This document shows positions 55,401-64,000 of a stretch of DNA of 64,000 nucleotides, piece by piece. The DNA comes from Octopus vulgaris (taxonomy: Eukaryota): assembly GCA_951406725.2 (NCBI GenBank), contig OX597821.1, positions 104,656,001 to 104,720,000 on the forward strand, in the 5' to 3' direction. The translations under genes were made by a program, and so were the position numbers. The notes under the pieces were generated by a model that made no database searches, had not been told where the DNA came from, and was given only the letters and a program-made list of their open reading frames with translations. The number at the start of each line of letters is the position of its first letter. Positions within the stretch are counted from its first letter, which is position 1.

Positions 55401-56482
55401 CCAGGGCTGATGGTGGATTGTTCAATCTTGCGCGCCTCAGAGCTAAGACCAAAGTCCGTCAGGTGCTGATCAGAGAGATCCTCTTTGCTGACGATGCCGC
55501 CCTAACATCACACAACCAACCGGGTCTCCAGAGGCTGGTCAGCTCCCTGGTGGATGCCTGCCAAGAGTTCGGCCTTACCATCAGCCTGAAAAAGACAGAG
55601 ATCATGGGCCAGGACGTCGGAGGGGTCCCCAGCATCAGTGTCGGCGACCACAGCTTGCAGGTGGTAAAAGAGTTCACTTACCTGGGATCGACGGTCTCCA
55701 GCAGCCTGTCCCTCGAGCCGGAGCTGAACAGTCGGATTGGGAAGGCTGCTGCTGCCATGGCTAAGCTCTCCAGGAGAGTGTGGGAGAACAACATGCTCAC
55801 AATAACCACCAAGATCGCAGTGTACCGCGCCTGCGTGCTGAGCACCCTACTCTACGGCAGCGAGAGCTGGACAACATACACCCGGCAGGAATGCCGCCTC
55901 AGCGGCTTCCACATGCGGTGTCTTCGACGGATCCTTGGCATCTCCTGGAAGGACCGAGTACCAAACGGAGTCATCCTGGAACAGACTAATATGCCAAGCA
56001 TGTATGCCCTCCTCATGCGGAGACGACTGCGCTGGCGGCTCGGACACGTCTACTGCATGCAGGACGGTCGCATGCCTAAAGACATCCTGTACAGCGAACT
56101 CACCACGGGATCCCAACCCAAGGGACGTCCACAGCTACGATACAGGGACGTGTGCAAGCGCGACCTGAGGACTGCCAACATCTGTGTGGACACGTGGGAA
56201 GAAACAGCTGCTGACCGCTCTGCCTGGCGTCGGACGGTGAGGAAAGGCGTTTCCATGGCTGAGGAGAGGAGAGCACAGCTGTGGTTGGACAAGCGGGACA
56301 GGAGGAGGACAACTGCAGCAACACCCCACACGTACCCATCGATGTTCGTGTGCAGCAAATGTACCAAGGACTGCCACTCTAGAATTGGACTGTTCAGTCA
56401 CAGCAGACGCTGCACATCATCAAAGTAGGCCCCACCCTTGTCGCAACCCATTGTCTATCAAGACAGACGGGGAAAAAGAAAG
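52466..56482 (+). mobile_element. Full-length RTE-clade LINE inserted in (TA)n
   Basis: About 740-bp GC-rich 5' UTR, APE + RT + C-terminal Zn motif, short 3' UTR; (TA)n flanks. Confidence 0.95.
53210..56428 (+). pseudogene. RTE ORF (APE endonuclease-reverse transcriptase) broken by about 3 frameshifts or small deletions
   Basis: LATWNVRT, ALQETRL, GVGFAV, SAYAPT, LGDFNARVG, LDMV; KAPGQDGIP; ESQSGFR, FIDLAKAFD, GVKQGCVLAPTLF, LFADD; CSKC..CHSRIGLFSH..C. Confidence 0.95.
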
Positions 56483-56496
56483 ATATATATATATAT

Positions 56497-56785
56497 ATCG
56501 CCGTGACCGAAAAGGTGATAAGATGTTGCTACACATCACCGGTCATAATGTACTTCGCATTGTTTTAGCCTTCACATGAAGTCATCCCGCTGACCAACCG
56601 AGTAGGCCAATAGAAGAAAGAGTGAGAGAAAGTTGTGGCGAAAGAGTAGAGCAGGAATCGCCACCACCCCCGCCGGATTCTCGTGGAAATTTAGGTGTTT
56701 TCGCTCAATAAACACTTACAACGCCCGGTCTAGAAATCGAAGCCGCGAGTCCACTGCCCTAACCAGGAGGCCATTTCGCTTCCAC
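56497..56785 (-). mobile_element. SINE family C in (TA)n
   Basis: Homologous to 8971-9266. Confidence 0.85.
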
Positions 56786-56790
56786 TCCCC

Positions 56791-56867
<77 letters not shown>

Positions 56868-56870
<3 letters not shown>

Positions 56871-56950
56871 CTGAGCGTTATACTAATACATCTGTTTGTT
56901 TTGTACACCACCTGTCTTCGTCTTTTGTTTTTTTCCGTAAAATCTCCCTT
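56868..56950 (+). mobile_element. Terminal fragment of the Neptune-type Penelope family in (TA)n
   Basis: TTCCTGAGCG..ATACTAATACA..CCACCTG.CTTCGTCTTTTGT matches 25363-25446. Confidence 0.8.
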
Positions 56951-57674
56951 TATATATATATATATATCTTTATATATATGTATGTATATATTATTAAGTC
57001 TGTATGCATACAGAGATTAGAAAACGTACACGATCCACGGGAATTGGGAACTGAAGCAAGAATAAATTGTAGCAACAAAACAGTAAAGAAGAACTCAATG
57101 ATACTCAGTTCAGTGAATGGAGAAACAATAAATAATTTGACTTTTTGAGTGTTGCACTTCATCAAAAAGGAAATGAAACAATAAAGATAATTGAGATACA
57201 AGGAAATGAGGAAAATGGATGTCAAAAATGATGGACGTTCGTGGAGTCAGTCGATGATTAAATGAACGTTAATAAATAGAACGTCCTGAAGTGAAAACGT
57301 AATCCGTTTAATAGTGATGTTAAAGGAAACAAAAAAATTAAGGCAGAAATAGAGTGTGGGAAAGAGAATAAGTAGAAAGTATTTGTGAATAGTAAAGGGA
57401 AACTATCATTAGACCATTAGAATAAGGAAGAAGGGAGAAAAACTGGAGAAAAAAAAAGAAAATGAAGCAAACTCGCGAAAGCGGGAAAGTGCGTAGGACT
57501 TTATAGACCATAGTGAAATTGTATTCGTGATTAAGCTGGCTTATCTAGGATATGTAAGTGGTGAAATACTCCTGCTTAATTTCAATGTATGCGAGTGAGT
57601 ATTTTGATATGGAAGAGTGAATGAATAAATGGTAGTTTGGTGGTATAATTTGTGTTTGATATAGTATTTATATA

Positions 57675-57902
57675 AGCGAGCTGGCTGAAACGATAGCAAG
57701 CCGGGCGAAATGCTTAGCGGTATTTCGTCTGCCGCTACGTCCTGAGTTCAAATTCCATCGAGGTCGACTTTGCCTTTCATCCTTTCAGGGTCGATTAATT
57801 AAGTACCAGTTACGCACTGGGGTGATGTAATCGACTTAATCTCTTTGTCTCTCCTTGATTGTCCCCTCTATGTTTATCCCCTTGTGCGCAATAATGAAAT
57901 AG
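57675..57902 (+). mobile_element. SINE family M
   Basis: Homologous to 27228-27458. Confidence 0.88.
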
Positions 57903-58205
57903 TTACGGTAGGTATATCAGCATGTCTATGTGTGTGCATGCAGCAATCAATATGGTTGTTATATACATAGGAGAAGCTAGTTTGGGAAAAGGTGAAACTG
58001 TGTGGATGTATACTTGTAAAGGATCGATTATATGATCAATGAAATAGGTGTAGAATTTGATCTTTGATGAGATGGATTGTGGAGTGAATTAAAGCTATCC
58101 TGACTACACTATCCATATCCGGAACGATGGAACAAATAAAGACGCGGGAGGAGTTGGCATTCCCTTTGGTAGCGAGGAGCGGCATCATTGCGGAAATATT
58201 CTTAG

Positions 58206-58373
58206 GCTTAGGATTGGCTGTGTGGTAAGCAGCTTGCTTACGAACCATATGATTCCTGGTTCAGTCCCACTGCGTAGAACCTTGGGCAAGTGTCTTCTAC
58301 TATAGCCTCGGGCCGACCAAATCCTTGTGAGCGGATTTGGTAGACGGAAACTTAAAGAAGCCCGTCGTATATA

Positions 58374-58439
<66 letters not shown>

Positions 58440-58580
58440 ACGTCCCCGTATCTTAGCGGTTTGGCAAAATAGACCGATAGAATAAGTACTAGGCTTACAA
58501 AGACTAAGTCCTGGGGTTGATTTGCTCGACTAAAGGTGGTGCTTCAGGATAGCCACAGTCAAACGACTGAAACAATTAAG
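58206..58580 (+). mobile_element. SINE family A
   Basis: Homologous to 11558-12005, with internal (TA)n. Confidence 0.88.
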
Positions 58581-58679
58581 AGGATGTAAATCCTTTTCAG
58601 AAATCGTTGCAAGTTGTTGTAATAAGATTCCTACCCTTCTAATATGTTACTTGAAAAATCAACGTTTGCTTATTTAATA

Positions 58680-59076
58680 CTAGCAGTATCTCCCGGCGTT
58701 GCTCGGGTTTGTAAGGGAAATAACTATATAAGCATTTTTAGAGAGTTATAGCCAAAAAATAGCAAACAAAAATGCATTAAAAATAAAAAAAAATGGTGGT
58801 AATTTTTTTTAAATCGTTTACTCATCGTAGACATTTTTAGAGAGTTACTTCCCTTATATAATAGCGAAAAAATGCATTAAAATGGAAAAAAATGATGGTA
58901 AATTATTTTTAAAATCGTAGACTCATCGTAGACGCGCGCTAATACCCAGAAGACCTCGATATGAATCACGACTATAGGATAGTCGGTTTTGGTTAAACTG
59001 CACCGCAAAATGTGGGAGTAGTTAAGAATCTAAATCGTAGGAGACAGACACACAACTTCACTTTTATATATAAAGA
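58680..59076 (-). mobile_element. Non-autonomous Helitron with canonical termini
   Basis: The minus strand starts A|TC (59076) and ends with hairpin CCCGAGCAACGCCGGG then ...GCTAG|T (58680). No TSD; internal tandem duplications. Confidence 0.85.
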
Positions 59077-59781
59077 TTTCCCGTCCGTTCTATACGTATG
59101 GTTTGAATGTAAGCTCCACAAAATGCTGTCATCATTGTTGGAAAATTCTGCGTCTGATTCTTGAATTTTTAATACGGAATTATAATGTATTTTTTTTGCT
59201 GGTTTGGATTAAACTCCAAAATAATATGAATCAATTTCGTTTGAGAAACATACTTCATGAATTCACATAATATATATTTCCATATACTCGTATCAACAAT
59301 TTGAATTATCAGCGGTATTGCTTGAGTCAATAAAAAGCTTATGGAACAACTGTACAAAGAGTCTGTATATCACATAGAATTTATCTAAATAAATAAGTAC
59401 ATATCATTACTATTAGGTAAAAGCGTCGTAAGTCCGGAAGTTTGGAAATTTTTGATATCTTGATATTTGAAGCATCTAGAAATACAATAATTTGAACAAA
59501 ATAACCAGTTATAGCAAGCAAAAATAAATATTAAAAAAAAAGAACGCATTTCGCCAAGTTTGGGTATGCGGCATTTTAACATTATAAAAATGATACAATA
59601 GTGTCTCTAAAATATTAGCAAGTGCATACAAGAAATATGCATTAAAATGTGTAGCAGAGACCTAGATTCCCTTAATTCCTCCATCAGATCAGTACAACAA
59701 ATGATGATGCACTATATACATGAATATCTAAAGACATCTGGAATAAATTTATTTAAACATATTGATAATTCAATATAGGCT

Positions 59782-60103
59782 TAGGAGCGGCTGTGTGGTA
59801 AGTAGCTTGCTTACCAAACACATGGTTCCGGGTAAAGTTCCACTGCGTGGCACCTTGGGCAAGTGTCTTCTACTATAGCCTCGGGCCGACCAAAGCCTTG
59901 TGAGTGGATTTGGTAGACGGAAACTGAAAGACGCCCGTCCTATATATGTATATGTATGCGTGTGTGTGTGTGTGTGTGTCTGTGTTTGTCCCCCAACATC
60001 GCGGTTCGGCAAAAAGGACCGATAGAATAAGTACGAGGCTAACAAAGAATAATTACTGAGGTCAATTTCCTCGAATGACTGAAACAGGTGGAAGAGTAAA
60101 AGA
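59782..60103 (+). mobile_element. SINE family A
   Basis: Well-preserved head GGAGCGGCTGTGTGGTAAGTAGCTTGCTTACC. Confidence 0.88.
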
Positions 60104-60169
60104 GTATACGTACCATTGCCAAACTTTACATGTGATTATTTCTTCGGATTGTAGATATACTTTTCAAAC

Positions 60170-60224
<55 letters not shown>

Positions 60225-60495
60225 CTGTATTTTTGTTATTTTTTATTTGCCCTGTCCGTATGAGCTAACAATCGTACTGACTTTCATGGGAAACATGTAT
60301 TTTCGTGGTTGAAACCTTTTGGATTAACTGGTGCTAGAGTGAGCAATATAGTGACCACTCTCTTATATTTATTTTGTAAAAATATTATATGTTATAAAAT
60401 ATTATAATAATCCAGGTTTCTCGGAGCACTAGGCCACTTGGTGTTGAATAAATATACTATTAAATTAGTATCTAATTCTCTCACCCTTATTAATT

Positions 60496-60586
<91 letters not shown>

Positions 60587-60588
<2 letters not shown>

Positions 60589-60711
60589 ATGAGTTTACGA
60601 AAAAAACGACAAGACGAAGACAGGTGTGTTTCGAGCCTACGCTCTTCTAGGGACACAGAAAACAAGGAGAGAAACAAGGAGACAAAACAAAATGTGTGTA
60701 GTGGCTAACGA

Positions 60712-60715
<4 letters not shown>
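60587..60715 (-). mobile_element. Deleted terminal fragment of the Neptune-type Penelope family
   Basis: TTTCGAGCCTACGCTCTTC is the reverse complement of the 25320-25338 HHR stem II; GACGAAGACAGGTG matches the terminus. Confidence 0.75.
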
Positions 60716-60742
<27 letters not shown>

Positions 60743-60931
60743 ATCACTCTCTCTCTCTCTCTCTCTCTCTATCGGTCGTGTTAATTCTTTGCTCCGCAGT
60801 GAAAGATTGTTTTTGTGTTGAAAATTGTGAAAATGTGCTGTTTTGGTCGTCGAGGCCACTTCAATTCTGCTGTTGCAGCAGAGTTCTGCTGTTCTTTCCC
60901 CCTTGTTTCAAGGGGGAAGTGACGAAAAGAC

Positions 60932-62549
60932 ATGAATTTGCAACCAGTCTCCTCCGAGTCGGAGGAAAACGTTGAAAATTTGTTTGAAGGCATGAAGGCG
61001 AAAATGCGGGAGGAGGAAGGTAGAAGTAAAGAGACGTCTCACGCGAGCGTTACAAAAGCAGACGACAATATGTCTGGCGAAGCTAGTAAACGACAAGAAA
61101 AGGCAAAAATAAATTTTGCGAGTGCAGCAACTCGCCCCTGTGAAAACATCGTTATTAACAAAGAAGGATTAAAGAAGTACCAAAGTTTATTAAAAACAGA
61201 AGGTGATAATGTGAAGTTGTTCCCTCCCAGTGAATTGATTTACGCGACGGAGAGAAAAACTGTAATTTACAAGACTTATAATGTCAAAAATAAGAAAATT
61301 GACTTCGTACAGAGAGAAGCCATTGAAAAATGTTTGAGGCCGATATGGCAACAAACAAGTTATATAACAAGGGGTAGTCGCTTCGGCACGGTAGAGGTGC
61401 GTTTCCCTAGCGAAGAAATAGCTAGGGAACATTCAACAAGAACGTTGAAGTCGGAAGAGGTAGTTCTTTTACCATTTTATTTAGGAATGAGAACTAGCAG
61501 AATAACGGTTACGGACATTCCGCCCAAAATAGATGTGGATTTCATAACAGCAGCGATTCTCTTAGGCAAAGAGGAAGAAATTGCCATTCTTCAGGCTAAA
61601 AGATATCGCCCCACAACCTGGTATGGACAGGACTTAGAGCTTGTGATCCAAGCGAACCCCTCGGACTTGGAAAAATTGCCAAGCTCCCTCATCATTGGAG
61701 ATACCACCTTGATGGTAATAGTCGAGGGAAGAAAACCGAGATGCTATAAATGTGGCGAGAAAGGCCACATACGGTCGAGCTGCAAGAAGACAGCGAAAGA
61801 AAATACTACAGAGAGGCAAGCACGACGCCGAAAACAACTACACCGCTAGAAATAGCAGCCACGTCGCGCACCCCAATTGCCGAAATTCAGCCGACAACGG
61901 GAGAAAACAACGACAACAACGATAACAACAACATCAACAACATCCAGGAGTGGGTCAACGTGGAAGCTTCAAATAGAAGACGGAAACGGAAAAATCCACC
62001 CTCTTCGGATACACAGGACTATACTCTGACACAGACAAGCACACCCACACCCACAAATAGAGTCGCAAACACACAAGTAGCCAAAAAAACACACACACTG
62101 GAAAAAGCACACACAAACACTCACACACCTACCACAAGCACGCACACACCTACAGACACCCACGCTTCAACAAGCACACACACACCCACAAACACACACA
62201 CACAGCCCCCTCCACAATCACCTAACAAAAAAAAAAGAAACACCTTCACGGCGATAAATAAAAACAATAACCCATTAAGGGAAAAAAATTAATTTACTGA
62301 AATCGGCGAAAAAATATATCGCAACAGATATAAATAGTATTATATCCGAAAATGTAGAATTTTATACGATAGATAACGAGGATTATTTTGAAATTAAATC
62401 TTTTGCGGAGGATGTAGGCCCGTTACAGATGAACTTTTCAAACCATCTGTACAAGCAATTCGCAAAAAAACTGACCTCGCAAAATACAACACTCACAGAC
62501 AGAAAAGACGAGGGTGAAACTACACCCTCTCTTCCGTTAAAACAGTAAG
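60932..62549 (+). CDS. ORF1 gag-like nucleic-acid-binding protein (frameshifted near 61800 and 62290)
   Basis: CYKCGEKGHIRSSC zinc knuckle, then a Thr/His/Pro low-complexity region with basic NRRRKRK. Confidence 0.8.
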
Positions 62550-62581
62550 TTTTAAACATTCGACTAAATTTTCACATTCTC

Positions 62582-64000
62582 GTTTAAACTCGGTTGTATA
62601 AATATTCGCGGCCTGGGGTCGTATTGGAAGCAAGGCTACCTCCTTAACGACCTTAGGTCGCATCGTTTGGATGTAGTGGTAATTACCGAATCCAGACTGA
62701 GTGGGCTGCAGGCTTTTTCGCCCCTTCTAAACGGCTACGAGAAATACATTTCTCCCTGTCGACCTGGAGGGGAGGAGGAGTGGCAGTGCTGGTCAGGAAA
62801 AACCTGGATTTAGAGATTAGAACTGTCTTTATAGATCCGGAAGGCAGGTTGGTCGTTTTGGATGTGACGCACAGCAGTGGTAAAGTGTTCAGGCTGGTCG
62901 CTGTCTATGCTCCCTGCGAAGGAAAAGCCGGGCAGAAAGAGTATTTCAAAAGCCTAGAGAATTTTCTTGGCACGTCGAACACGTTAGTATTGCTAGGTGA
63001 CTTCAACATAATTTGCGATGCAAGCGTAGATTATGTTGGCTCAAGAAAGAATACGAGGGGATTACCTCACCTCAACGATATGCTAAGTCGTTTCGAATTG
63101 GCAGATAGATTCAGACTGGACCATCCAGACATTCCAGAGTGGACCTGGGCAAGAAACGACGGGTCGTCCAGATCTTATATCGATAGAATCATAACTAGAA
63201 GGAAAGATAAGAAAATACTTAGCTGTCCACAACACCATATCGTCAGCTACAGCGATCACAAATTAGTGACCTGTACGCTCGACATAGATAGCATGTGTAG
63301 ACGAGGTACCGGCTACTGGAAGCTAAACAAGTCACTATTGGACTGTGAAGCCTACAGGAATCGGATTAAACAATTAGTAATGAGGGCGTTAACCGGATCC
63401 ATTATCAACAATAAATGGTGGTACGCCCTGAAAAGAGCCATCAAATTTGAGTCAATTAGCAAAGAACTAGCTAGTGCTAGAAACAAAGTAGAAAAGGAAC
63501 TAGTTAAGGCTATAGAGGAGGCAATGAGGTCAGGCTGTGCATCGAAAGTGTTAGCGGCGAGGTTAGCACTAGACCAACATATCCAAGCTAAACATGAAGG
63601 GTGCATTATTAGGGCTAAGATCCGTGCAATGAGACAGGAAGGGATCAACGCAGCCGGATGGGCCCGGGTGGTAGAGGGCCAGCGTGGCAACAACTCAACC
63701 ATTCGATCCTTGACGGGCCCAAATGGTCGATTAGTAAACGAACCCGAGGAGATGTGCAAGGTGTTTCATGATCATTTCGCCCAGCTATTCGGGAGGAGCG
63801 GCGAGCTGGAGCGCGGGGAGAAGCTCGCAGACTTCCTAGCCGGTTCGCCGCGTCTATCGGGGCCGGACGCGGAATCTTGTGAGGCGCCGATCACAGCCAA
63901 AGAAGTCGAGGATATGTTGGCAGAATGCGGCGGGGACAAATCGCCGGGACTCGATGGTCTGCCTTACGAACTCTATAGTAGCATGCCAGACTTGTTTGGG
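62582..64000 (+). CDS. ORF2 APE endonuclease and start of RT (one frameshift near 62770; incomplete at window end, no clear ATG)
   Basis: CINIRGL, VVITESR, GVAVL, EGRLV, VYAP, LLGDFN, SYIDRI, SDHKLV, GYWKLNKSLL, KSPGLDGLPYELY. Confidence 0.9.

Larger units (their letters stand above)
60775..64000 (+). mobile_element. Tx1/L1-clade LINE beginning after (TC)n and running off the window
   Basis: Gag-like ORF1 with CCHC knuckle, then APE-RT ORF2. Confidence 0.92.

Noticed and set aside
55459-56401. Several antisense and alternate-frame ORFs over the RTE
   Set aside because: Expected shadow ORFs of a GC-rich coding region, with no motifs.
63352-63759. 135-aa minus-strand ORF
   Set aside because: Antisense shadow of Tx1 ORF2.

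Overview
Eukaryotic, AT-rich and very repeat-dense non-coding DNA. The SINE repertoire and microsatellite load look like an octopod cephalopod genome (inference from recognition, not verified). No host protein-coding gene can be supported, and nearly all ORF-track entries are translated microsatellites. The recognisable coding sequence is all non-LTR retrotransposon: a 5'-truncated Neptune-type Penelope-like element (RT + GIY-YIG) in (TA)n; R4/Dong-type restriction-like-endonuclease LINEs in (TAA)n; a full-length but frameshifted RTE; a Tx1/L1-type element beside (TC)n that runs off the window; and decayed CR1, RTE and Tx1 fragments. There are also at least five tRNA-derived SINE families and two non-autonomous Helitrons. 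The most interesting signal is a set of type I hammerhead-ribozyme (HHR) motifs in short non-coding elements inside (TA)n tracts. These include a tRNA-headed SINE carrying an HHR with a Penelope-style inverted 5' copy, a 455-nt retrozyme-like partial tandem, and large palindromes whose inversion points fall at HHR-like cores. Together they suggest a set of ribozyme-bearing parasites mobilised by Penelope-like elements. All coordinates were read by eye and element edges are approximate.
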